A DNA stretch of 64,000 nt. It comes from Propionibacteriaceae bacterium. GTDB lineage: Bacteria; Actinomycetota; Actinomycetes; Propionibacteriales; Propionibacteriaceae. Made by a program: the position numbers and the translations under genes. The stretch is from positions 185,499 through 249,498 of the forward strand of contig WQZD01000002.1 in assembly GCA_009780915.1 (NCBI GenBank), in the 5' to 3' direction. The first letter of the stretch is position 1; each line of letters opens with the position of its first letter. The notes under the pieces are model-generated. The model did not search any database and was not told where the DNA came from. It saw only the letters and a list, made by a program, of their open reading frames with translations. Of this stretch, positions 55,899-64,000 are shown piece after piece.

Positions 55899-58800
55899 AT
55901 GGTTGCTCACACGCCCCTTCGTTCCGTCTTCGGCAGTCGTCCTCTGATCGCCGATGGCGGCATGGGCACGATGCTGCAAGGCTTCGCTCTGACGGAGGCG
56001 GACTTCGGCGGGTACGACGGGTGCAACGAGATGCTCAACCTCACCCGTCCCGACGTCGTGGCGCAGATCCACCGGGCATACTTCCTGGCCGGGGCGGACA
56101 TGGTCACGACCAACACGTTCGGCGCCAATCTCACGGCGTTGTCGGAGTACGGTCTGCTCGACTCGCTGGAGGACCTGGCCGGGGCCGGGGCACGGATCGC
56201 ACGGGAGGTGGCGGACGAGGTCGCGAGCGACGGCCGCCCTCGCTGGGTCCTCGGGTCCATCGGCCCCGGGACGAAGTTGCCAACCCTGGGACAGGTCTCG
56301 TACGCCGACCTGCGCGACGCGACCGTCCGGCAGGTCACAGCCATGATCGCTGAAGGGATCGACGCGGTCCTCATCGAGACCTGCCAAGACCTCCTGGCCG
56401 TACGGGCGTGCGTGGCCGGCGCCACCCGGGCCGTCGCCACGTCCGGGGTGGACGTCCCGATCTTCGTGTCCGTCACGATGGAGACCACGGGGACGATGCT
56501 GGTCGGCTCCGACCTGAGCGCCGTGGTCGCGACGCTGATCCCCCTCGGGGTGGACACCATCGGGATCAACTGCGCCACGGGCCCGGAGGCCATGGGCCCT
56601 CACCTGCGACATCTGGCGGGCCTGTGCCCGGTTCCTCTGACCTGCATGCCGAACGCCGGGCTGCCCCAGCTGACCGCGGACGGCGCCACGTACCCCCTGT
56701 CACCGGAGGACTTCGCCGACGCGCTGGCGGGGTTCACGTCGAGCTTCCCGCTCGGCCTGGTCGGGGGATGCTGTGGGACCACCCCGGCCCACATCGCGGC
56801 GCTGAAGGCCCGGATCGACGATCTGCCGCCACGTGACGTCGCCGACCCGTCCCGTCCCGCGGGCGACACGGGATGGGTGGCCTCCCTCTACTCGGCGGTC
56901 AGCCTTCGTCAGGACGTCTCCTACTTGTCCATGGGGGAGCGCGCCAACGCCTCGGGGTCTAAAGCGTTCCGTGACGCCATGCTCGCGTCCGACTGGGACC
57001 GCTGCGTCGAGATCGCCAAAGGACAGGTCGCGGAGGGCGCCCACGTCCTCGACCTGTGCGTGGACTACGTGGGCCGCGACGGCCCGGCGGACATGGCCGA
57101 ACTGGCGTCGCGGATATCCCGCGAGGTGGACATCCCCCTGCAGTTGGACTCGTCGAATCCGCAGGTGATCCAGGCGGGCCTGGAGGTGTGCCCGGGCCGG
57201 GCGATCGTCAACTCGGTCAACTTCAGCTCAGGGACGGGACCCGAGTCGAAGTTCGCCCAAGCCATGGCGTGCGTCCAGGAGCACGGCGCGGCCGTGGTGG
57301 CCTTGTGCATCGACGAGGAGGGGCAGGCGCGCACGGTCGAGCACAAAGTGGCTCTGGCACGCCGATTCGTGTCCGTCTTGACCACGCAGCACGGCATGAA
57401 TCCGTGCGACATCATCATCGACGCCCTGACGTACCCCATCGCCACCGGGCAGGAAGACACCCGGCGCGACGGCATCCACACGATCGAGGCCGTGCGCCAG
57501 ATCCATGCCGAGTTCCCCGAGGTCCACACCGTGCTGGGGATCTCCAACGTGTCCTTCGGGCTCAAACCCGCCGCCCGCACTGCGCTCAACTCCGTGTTCT
57601 TGGACGAGTGCCGACGAGCCGGCCTCGACTGCGCCATCGTGCATCCGTCCAAGATCCTGCCGCTGTCAGCGCTGGCGCCCGAGGTGGTTCAGGCCGCGCG
57701 CGACCTCATCTGGGACCGCAGGGACGGCGACCGGGACCCCCTGGACTCCTACCTGGGGTTGTTCGAGGACGCCAGCCAGACCGCACGCGAACCCGTGGAG
57801 ACGGATCGTCCCGTGCTGGAGCGCCTGTTCCACCGCATCCTGGACGGTTCCTCCACCGGCGTCGAGGAGGACATCACCGAAGCGCTGACTCTCAAACCCG
57901 CCCTGGCGATCATCAACGAGGATCTCCTCGGCGCGATGAAAGAGGTCGGCGAGAGGTTCGGCTCGGGTCGGATGCAGTTGCCGTTCGTCCTGAAGTCGGC
58001 GGAGGTGATGAAGAAGGCCGTCACCTTCTTGCAGCCCCACCTTGACAAAGTGCAGGGGCCGGACAAGGGAACCTTGGTCCTGGCCACCGTGAGGGGGGAC
58101 GTCCACGACATCGGGAAGAACCTCGTCGACATCATCATCACGAACAACGGCTACCGTGTCGTGAATCTGGGGATCAAGATCCCCATCGCCCAGATCATCG
58201 ACGCCGCCGAGGAGGCGGGCGCCGACGCCATCGGCATGTCGGGGCTCCTGGTGAAGTCCACTCAGATCATGAGGGAGAACCTGGAGGAGCTCAACCACCG
58301 GGGCCTGGGCTCGAAGTACCCCGTCCTGCTGGGCGGAGCGGCCCTCACCAGGGCGTATGTGGAGTCCGATCTGGATCAGGTCTACGAGGGCCAGGTGCGA
58401 TACGCCCGCGACGCCTTCGAGGGGTTGGCGCTCATGGACGCCGTCATGGCCCACAAGGCTGGCACCGGGGATCTGCCGCAGGTGACGCCACGGGCGGCTC
58501 AGCCCGCTCCCGTGGTCGACCACACCGCCGGGCGTTCGGGCGTGACACGCCCCGTGCCCGGTCAGGTCGAGGTCCCGCACGCGCCGTTCACGGGGCGTCG
58601 AGAGGGCAGGGCGACGCTGGACGAGGTGGCGCCCTGGCTGGACGAGCGAGCTCTGTTCGCGGGTCAGTGGGGGCTCACCCCCGGGAAAGAAGGGCCCAGC
58701 TACGAGGAGTTGTCCGCCGAGGTGGGCGTCCCCCGTCTGCGGTACTGGATGGATCGGGTGGCCGAAGAGGGCCTGGCCGACTTCCGGGTGGTGTGGGGGT

Positions 58801-59360
58801 ACTGGCCCTGCCATGGCGACGGAGACGACCTCGTCCTCGACACTGATCACGGGCAGCGTCGGTTCTCCTTCCCCCGTCAGGCCTCTCGCACACGACTGTG
58901 CGTGGCCGACTACTTCCGCGACGAGGAGGAGGCCAGGACGTACGGCCCCGACGTGGTGGCGCTTCAGGTCGTCACCGCCGGGCCTCGCCTGAGCGAGCGA
59001 ACGGCCCAGTTGTTCGCCGCTGACTCCTACCGAGACTATTTCGAGTTGCACGGCCTGTCCGTGCAGTTGGCGGAGGCCTTCGCGGAGATGTGGCACGCCC
59101 GTGTGCGCGACGAATGGGGGCTGGCACCCCTGACCGACGACAAGGCCGCCATGGTGTCGAAGGCGACCTATCGGGGCGCGAGGTTCTCGTTCGGATATCC
59201 CGCATGCCCGGATTTGAGCCAACGCGGTACGATGACGGCCTTGTTGGGTCCGGAATCGATCGGCGTGACCCTGTCTGAGGGCTACCAGCTCCACCCCGAG
59301 CAGTCCACGGACGCGCTGATCGTCCACCACCCCCAAGCCCACTATTTCTCTGTGAGGTGA
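55899..59360 (+). CDS. metH: Cobalamin-dependent methionine synthase
   Basis: 1,153 aa. Hcy-binding, pterin-binding, B12-binding (DVHDIGKN) and AdoMet-activation domains all appear in order. Confidence 0.95.
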   Translation: MVAHTPLRSVFGSRPLIADGGMGTMLQGFALTEADFGGYDGCNEMLNLTRPDVVAQIHRAYFLAGADMVTTNTFGANLTALSEYGLLDSLEDLAGAGARIAREVADEVASDGRPRWVLGSIGPGTKLPTLGQVSYADLRDATVRQVTAMIAEGIDAVLIETCQDLLAVRACVAGATRAVATSGVDVPIFVSVTMETTGTMLVGSDLSAVVATLIPLGVDTIGINCATGPEAMGPHLRHLAGLCPVPLTCMPNAGLPQLTADGATYPLSPEDFADALAGFTSSFPLGLVGGCCGTTPAHIAALKARIDDLPPRDVADPSRPAGDTGWVASLYSAVSLRQDVSYLSMGERANASGSKAFRDAMLASDWDRCVEIAKGQVAEGAHVLDLCVDYVGRDGPADMAELASRISREVDIPLQLDSSNPQVIQAGLEVCPGRAIVNSVNFSSGTGPESKFAQAMACVQEHGAAVVALCIDEEGQARTVEHKVALARRFVSVLTTQHGMNPCDIIIDALTYPIATGQEDTRRDGIHTIEAVRQIHAEFPEVHTVLGISNVSFGLKPAARTALNSVFLDECRRAGLDCAIVHPSKILPLSALAPEVVQAARDLIWDRRDGDRDPLDSYLGLFEDASQTAREPVETDRPVLERLFHRILDGSSTGVEEDITEALTLKPALAIINEDLLGAMKEVGERFGSGRMQLPFVLKSAEVMKKAVTFLQPHLDKVQGPDKGTLVLATVRGDVHDIGKNLVDIIITNNGYRVVNLGIKIPIAQIIDAAEEAGADAIGMSGLLVKSTQIMRENLEELNHRGLGSKYPVLLGGAALTRAYVESDLDQVYEGQVRYARDAFEGLALMDAVMAHKAGTGDLPQVTPRAAQPAPVVDHTAGRSGVTRPVPGQVEVPHAPFTGRREGRATLDEVAPWLDERALFAGQWGLTPGKEGPSYEELSAEVGVPRLRYWMDRVAEEGLADFRVVWGYWPCHGDGDDLVLDTDHGQRRFSFPRQASRTRLCVADYFRDEEEARTYGPDVVALQVVTAGPRLSERTAQLFAADSYRDYFELHGLSVQLAEAFAEMWHARVRDEWGLAPLTDDKAAMVSKATYRGARFSFGYPACPDLSQRGTMTALLGPESIGVTLSEGYQLHPEQSTDALIVHHPQAHYFSVR

Positions 59361-59364
59361 GACG

Positions 59365-60330
59365 ATGACTGACCCATCCGCCCTGATCGGTGACGACGAC
59401 CAGGACCTGCGTCCCGCGTGGTCGGGAGTGCGTCGCGGCCCGCTCGTCGAAGGGGAGCGCGTCAGCGTGACGGATCCCAAGGGACGCCGCCACAACGTGA
59501 AACTGGCCCACGGCGCCCAGTTCCACTCGACGAACGGCCTGATCGACCATGACCTGCTGATCGGCGGGCCCGAGGGCGTGGTGGTTCCCACCACTCTCGG
59601 CGTGCCCCACATCGTGATGCGGCCCATTCTGGAGGAGTACACCGTCTCCATGCCGCGTGGCGCCACGGTGATCTACCCGAAGGACGCCTCGTACATCCTG
59701 ATGTTCACGGACATCTTCCCCGGAGCGCGGGTCCTGGAGGCTGGCGCCGGGTCGGGCGGCATGTCGGTGTCGATCCTGCGCGCCATCGGCGAGCAGGGGC
59801 AGTTGTACTCCTACGAGCGTCGCGAGGACTTCGCCGAGACGGCGAAGAAGAACGTCGAGCAGTTCTTCTCTGGCGAGCACCCCGGGTGGAGCCTGCGCGT
59901 CGGCGATCTGGTCAGCACGTACGGCGGTGAGAAGGTGGACCGGGTCGTCTTGGACATGCTCGCACCCTGGGAGTGCGTCGATGTCGCGCATCAGGCGCTG
60001 GAACCAGGCGGCTGGCTGTGCGTGTACGTGGCGACGACGACCCAGTTGGGCCGCACGATGGACACCATCCGTGCCCATGAAGGATGGGTCGAGCCGCGTG
60101 CGGTCGAGGTGAACGTCCGTGAGTGGCACGCCGAGGGCCTGGCCATTCGGCCGGGTCATGCGGGCAGGGGCCACACGGGTTTCATCATCCACGCGCGACG
60201 TCTGGCGGACGGGGTCACAGCGCCCCTGAAGCGGCGTCGTCCCGCGCCGGGCGCGTACGGCGACGACTACGACGGTCCCCGTCCCCGAGGCGTCACGATG
60301 CCCGAAACAAGGGACGTGGATCAGGACTGA
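59365..60330 (+). CDS. trmI: tRNA (adenine58-N1)-methyltransferase
   Basis: Collinear with mycobacterial Rv2118c as I recall it (MPRGATVIYPKDA, VLEAGAGSG, VLDMLAPWE, GHTGF). Confidence 0.85.
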   Translation: MTDPSALIGDDDQDLRPAWSGVRRGPLVEGERVSVTDPKGRRHNVKLAHGAQFHSTNGLIDHDLLIGGPEGVVVPTTLGVPHIVMRPILEEYTVSMPRGATVIYPKDASYILMFTDIFPGARVLEAGAGSGGMSVSILRAIGEQGQLYSYERREDFAETAKKNVEQFFSGEHPGWSLRVGDLVSTYGGEKVDRVVLDMLAPWECVDVAHQALEPGGWLCVYVATTTQLGRTMDTIRAHEGWVEPRAVEVNVREWHAEGLAIRPGHAGRGHTGFIIHARRLADGVTAPLKRRRPAPGAYGDDYDGPRPRGVTMPETRDVDQD

Positions 60331-60342
60331 CAGGGCGCGTGT

Positions 60343-61209
60343 GTGCACATGCCATCTTTGTCACAGGGACCGAGTAAGCTTGACCCGATGAATACCGACG
60401 AGATGACACGGGCCTTCCTGGCGGACCCGACGAGTTCTTTCACCCGGTTCGTGGGCCGTACGTCCCCCGACCTGCTGCCGTCCGCTGCCGCGGGACGTCC
60501 CAACCAGGATTTGTCCCCGACGGCGACCACCATCGTGGCGGTGGCCACATCCGACGGGGTGGTGTTGGCGGGTGACCGACGGGCGACCATGGGGTCGATG
60601 ATCGCTCAGCGCGACATCCAGAAAGTCTTCACGGCCGACGACTACTCGGCCATCGGCATCGCCGGATCGGCCGGGCTGGCCATCGACGTCGTCAAGCTGT
60701 TCCGCGTCGAGTTGGAGCACTACGAGAAGATCGAGGGCGCCCCTCTGACACTGGACGGAAAGGCCAACCGGCTGGCGTCCATGATCCGGGGGAACCTCGG
60801 CATGGCCCTGCAGGGGTTCATCGTGATCCCGTTGTTCGTGGGGTGGGACGCTGACCATGGGCGTGCCCGGATCTTCTCCTATGACGCCACGGGCGGCTGT
60901 TATGAGGAGACCGGTTACCATGCCGTCGGATCCGGGTCCCTGTTCGCCCGAGGCTCGTTGAAGAAGCTCTACTCGCCGGCGGCCGACATCCACGATGCGG
61001 TGGTCATGTGCATCCAGGCGCTCTTCGACGCCGCGGACGACGATTCCGCCACAGGCGGTCCGGACGTGGCGCGCAATATCTACCCTGTCGTCGTCCGCGT
61101 GACCGCGCAGGGCGCCACCCAGATTCCCGAGGCTGAGATCGCCGAGGTCACCCGAGGCGTCCTCGCCTCGCGGTCGATTCGCCCTGATGGACCGGAGGCA
61201 CGTCTGTGA
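60343..61209 (+). CDS. prcB: 20S proteasome beta subunit with propeptide
   Basis: Propeptide, then active-site [23 protein letters not shown] and [12 protein letters not shown] are conserved with mycobacterial PrcB. Confidence 0.92.
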   Translation: MHMPSLSQGPSKLDPMNTDEMTRAFLADPTSSFTRFVGRTSPDLLPSAAAGRPNQDLSPTATTIVAVATSDGVVLAGDRRATMGSMIAQRDIQKVFTADDYSAIGIAGSAGLAIDVVKLFRVELEHYEKIEGAPLTLDGKANRLASMIRGNLGMALQGFIVIPLFVGWDADHGRARIFSYDATGGCYEETGYHAVGSGSLFARGSLKKLYSPAADIHDAVVMCIQALFDAADDDSATGGPDVARNIYPVVVRVTAQGATQIPEAEIAEVTRGVLASRSIRPDGPEARL

Positions 61210-62042
61210 GCCAGCCTACTTTCTACGTCTCGCCCGAACAGCAGGTCAAGGACCGCGCCGAGTTCGCCCGGGCAGGCATCGCCAAGGGGCGTTCGGTCGT
61301 CGTGGCCAGGTACGCCGACGGCATCGTGTGCATCGGGGAGAACCGCTCCAAGTCCTTGCACAAGATCTCCGAGATCTACGACCGGATCGGGTTCGCCGCC
61401 GTGGGGCGCTACAACGAGTTCGAGAACCTGCGCGTGGCGGGGATCCGTCATGCGGACGTGCGAGGGTACGCCTACGACCGGCGCGACGTGACGGGACGGA
61501 TGCTGGCCGGGGCGTACGCCCAACTGCTCGGCGCCATCTTCTCCTCTGTCATGGAGAAACCCTACGAGGTGGAGATGGTGGTCGCCGAGGTCGGCCCCAC
61601 CCCCGAGAAGGACGAGATCTACCGGCTGAGCTTCGACGGCTCGATCACCGACGAAGCCGAGTTCGCCGTCATCGGCGGCGCCTCGGAGGCCGTGGGCGAC
61701 GCCTTGCGGGGGACGCATTCCTCAACGTCGTCGGCCGCCGACTGTGTGCGGGCGGCCATCCAGGCCCTGGGCGCCGATCCTCGGGGAGGCACAGACCTGA
61801 CCCCGGACTCCTTGGAAGTGGCGCTCTTGGACCGCACGCGTCCTCAAGTGCGCAAGTTCCGTCGGCTGACGCCCGAGCAGATCGCCGACATGATCCGCGA
61901 GCCCGAACCGACCAAGCCGACCCGCCGACGCAAGGCCGCGGCGACCGCCGCCCCGGAGGCCGCTTCGGCGACTCCCGCGCCCGAATCGACGCCCAAGCCG
62001 GTCAGGAAGCGTCGCGCGTCCACGGAACAGTCCGGTGACTGA
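61206..62042 (+). CDS. prcA: 20S proteasome alpha subunit with a basic, Pro/Ala-rich C-terminal tail
   Basis: GTG start overlapping the prcB stop. [23 protein letters not shown]-terminus. The final ~45 aa ([41 protein letters not shown]...) look like an extension. Confidence 0.92.
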   Translation: MSQPTFYVSPEQQVKDRAEFARAGIAKGRSVVVARYADGIVCIGENRSKSLHKISEIYDRIGFAAVGRYNEFENLRVAGIRHADVRGYAYDRRDVTGRMLAGAYAQLLGAIFSSVMEKPYEVEMVVAEVGPTPEKDEIYRLSFDGSITDEAEFAVIGGASEAVGDALRGTHSSTSSAADCVRAAIQALGADPRGGTDLTPDSLEVALLDRTRPQVRKFRRLTPEQIADMIREPEPTKPTRRRKAAATAAPEAASATPAPESTPKPVRKRRASTEQSGD

Positions 62043-63114
62043 CCCCACGCCCACGGGTGTGGCGACGGGCGACACCGTGCTCGTCATCGGCGCAGGGCTC
62101 GTCGGGACGAGTCTGGGATTGGCCCTCACCGAGCACGGTTATCGCGTCTTCCTGCAGGATCTCACGTCCAGCCACGCCCTCGTCGCAGCCGGGCTGGGTG
62201 CGGGGTCGGTCGAGTCACCCGACCATGTCGACATCGTCGTGGTGGCCGTGCCTCCCACCATGACGGGTCCGGTCGTCGTGGACGCCCTCCGTGCGCACCC
62301 TGGCGCGACCGTGACCGATGTGGCGTCGGTGAAGGCGCCGATCATGGCGCATGTGCGCCATGCGGGGGCGGATGTGTCTCGGTACATCGGATCCCATCCC
62401 ATGGCGGGCTCCCAGCGCAGCGGACCGCTGACCGCCCGGTCCGACCTGTTCGTGGACCGCACCTGGGTGATCATCGTCGACGAGGACCAGGAACCCGCCC
62501 GTCGCGCCCAGGTCGAGCGGATGGCGCTTGTGTCCGGCGCCCATGTGGAGCACATGGATTCCCTGGAGCACGACCAGGCGGTCGCGGAGGTCTCCCACGT
62601 CCCCCAGATCCTCAGTTCGCTGATGGCGGGCAATCTGCGCGGCGTCCTTCCGTCCCACCTGAGGCTGGCGGGACAGGGCGTGCGAGACGTGACCCGGATC
62701 GCGGCCAGCGATGTCGCCATGTGGACGCAGATCATCACCGCCAACCATGAGGCGATCAGCGCCCAACTGGCGATCCTGAACGAGGCGTGGGACCGGGTAC
62801 GCACCCATCTGGACTCGCCCGACGCCGTGGCGGCGTTCCTCGCCTCGGGCAATGACGGCGCACGGGCGCTCCCCGGCAAACACGGGCGCACGCCTCACGA
62901 CTATCAGTTCGTCGTCGTGGAGATCCCCGACTCGCCCGGCGCCTTGGCGCGCCTGTTCGCGGACATCGACGCCGTGGGGGTCAACGTCGAAGACTTGAGG
63001 ATCGAGCACGACCGTGCGCGCGAAGTCGGGTACATGTCCATCGCCGTCGATCCTGAGCGGGTCGACGGGCTGGAACAGGCGATCCGAGACGCCGGATGGA
63101 CGCTGAGAGCCTAG
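62035..63114 (+). CDS. tyrA: Prephenate dehydrogenase
   Basis: Rossmann motif [16 protein letters not shown] motif, and a C-terminal ACT-like segment. Confidence 0.88.
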   Translation: MTDPTPTGVATGDTVLVIGAGLVGTSLGLALTEHGYRVFLQDLTSSHALVAAGLGAGSVESPDHVDIVVVAVPPTMTGPVVVDALRAHPGATVTDVASVKAPIMAHVRHAGADVSRYIGSHPMAGSQRSGPLTARSDLFVDRTWVIIVDEDQEPARRAQVERMALVSGAHVEHMDSLEHDQAVAEVSHVPQILSSLMAGNLRGVLPSHLRLAGQGVRDVTRIAASDVAMWTQIITANHEAISAQLAILNEAWDRVRTHLDSPDAVAAFLASGNDGARALPGKHGRTPHDYQFVVVEIPDSPGALARLFADIDAVGVNVEDLRIEHDRAREVGYMSIAVDPERVDGLEQAIRDAGWTLRA

Positions 63115-63137
63115 AAGACACGAGAAGGGAAATAACA

Positions 63138-63794
63138 ATGTTCACCATTGCCATCGATGGGCCGTCGGGCTCGGGGAAGTCCACGGCGGCCAAGGCGACC
63201 GCGAGGCGTCTGGGGTGCCGCTACCTCGACACGGGCGCCATGTACAGGGCCGCGGCCGTCGGCTGCATGAGCGCGGGACTCACCGAGCCCGCCGACGTGG
63301 CGCAGTTCTGCTGCGACATGGACCTCGACATCTCCACAGACCCTGATCGTGCTGGTGTGACGCTCGGGGGCGTCGACGTCACTGACGCCATCCGGGACCC
63401 CGAGGTCTCCGCGTGGGTGAGCAGGATCGCGGTCAACCCCGACTGTCGTACGGAACTGGTCCGGCGTCAGCGGGAACTCCTCGCCTCGGACTCCTTCGTC
63501 GTGGAGGGTCGCGACATCACCACCGTGGTCGCGCCCGACGCCGATGTGCGTGTCTTGTTGACGGCTGACGAAGCGGAGCGGATGGCTCGGCGGGGCGCCG
63601 AGTTGGGCGGTCGGGTCGACGAGGCCGGACTGCGCGACCAAGTGGTGCGCCGTGACAAGGATGACTCCACCCTGGTCAACTTCACCGTCGCCGCGGACGG
63701 GGTGGCCACCATCGACTCCACCTTCCTCACCCCTGGCGAGGTCGTGGATCAGATCCTCATGTTGGCTCGGAGCGCGGGAATCACTGTGCGCTGA
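63138..63794 (+). CDS. cmk: Cytidylate kinase
   Basis: IAIDGPSGSGKST P-loop and LDTGAMYR motif. Confidence 0.93.
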   Translation: MFTIAIDGPSGSGKSTAAKATARRLGCRYLDTGAMYRAAAVGCMSAGLTEPADVAQFCCDMDLDISTDPDRAGVTLGGVDVTDAIRDPEVSAWVSRIAVNPDCRTELVRRQRELLASDSFVVEGRDITTVVAPDADVRVLLTADEAERMARRGAELGGRVDEAGLRDQVVRRDKDDSTLVNFTVAADGVATIDSTFLTPGEVVDQILMLARSAGITVR

Positions 63795-63999
63795 CGCCGT
63801 GCGCGCGGGCGGCGTGCACGACGTCGTGCCACTGCCCGTCGCGCAGTCGCTCGACCGGTGTGCGCCCGTCACCGTCAGGGGTGATGAGCCACACCGCCCA
63901 ACGCCATGGGTCATCGGTCGTCTTGTCGAGCGCGTCGAGCACATCGGACAGGTGGGGGAGTCGCTTGCCGTGCGCGTCGAACTGGAAGGCGGGGAAGAC
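63781..63999 (-). CDS. 3' end of a gene running off the window (C-terminal fragment, unknown function)
   Basis: An open frame with strong GC3 bias reads ...FPAFQFDAHGKRLPHLSDVLDALDKTTDDPWRWAVWLITPDGDGRTPVERLRDGQWHDVVHAARAHGVSAQ and stops at 63783-63781. It overlaps the cmk 3' end by 14 nt. Confidence 0.4.
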   Translation of the reverse strand, partial: VFPAFQFDAHGKRLPHLSDVLDALDKTTDDPWRWAVWLITPDGDGRTPVERLRDGQWHDVVHAARAHGVSAQ

Positions 64000-64000
64000 G

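Overview
This is a high-GC actinobacterial chromosome segment. The gene order looks Propionibacteriales/Actinomycetales-like, but that placement is only an inference. Most of the window is conserved housekeeping synteny: lspA-rluD-pyk, sodA, trmB-truA, katA, dapD/dapE, glgA/glgC, mihF-gmk-rpoZ-metK-priA-fmt-rsmB, leuB/ilvE/cimA, metQNI, a lipoate ligase, larA-like/larB/larE, a DEAD-box helicase, copA, mgsA, metH, trmI-prcB-prcA, and tyrA-cmk. There are four tRNA genes (Pro, Gly, Gln, Glu) and each one borders atypical DNA.

The main accessory region is a ~3.5 kb lower-GC islet downstream of tRNA-Gly (about 11.16-14.8 kb). It opens with two 126-bp tandem copies that each begin with the tRNA 3' end. 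I found no integrase in it. It contains several toxin-antitoxin-like modules:
- a toxin-first RelE then Phd/YefM pair;
- a HicB-like antitoxin broken by two in-frame stops;
- several decayed short ORFs;
- a 5'-truncated phage MuF-like protein fused to an EndoU-like toxin domain, followed by a small candidate immunity gene.

Other notable points:
- A 375-nt array of covarying hairpins and acceptor-stem-like minihelices lies between tRNA-Gln and tRNA-Glu.
- The proteasome genes prcBA sit directly after trmI, with no mpa, dop, pup or pafA in the window.
- A LarA-like gene occurs with larB and larE but no larC.
- The PriA homolog lacks Walker A and Walker B motifs.
- A ParE toxin carries a Trp-rich C-terminal extension.
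- One gene fuses a GNAT acetyltransferase to a histidine phosphatase.
- A HemG-type protoporphyrinogen oxidase lies next to the islet.
- Two LacI-type palindromes precede a 1,100-aa secreted glycosidase-like protein.

All calls come from reading the sequence and the ORF track by eye. No database search was run.
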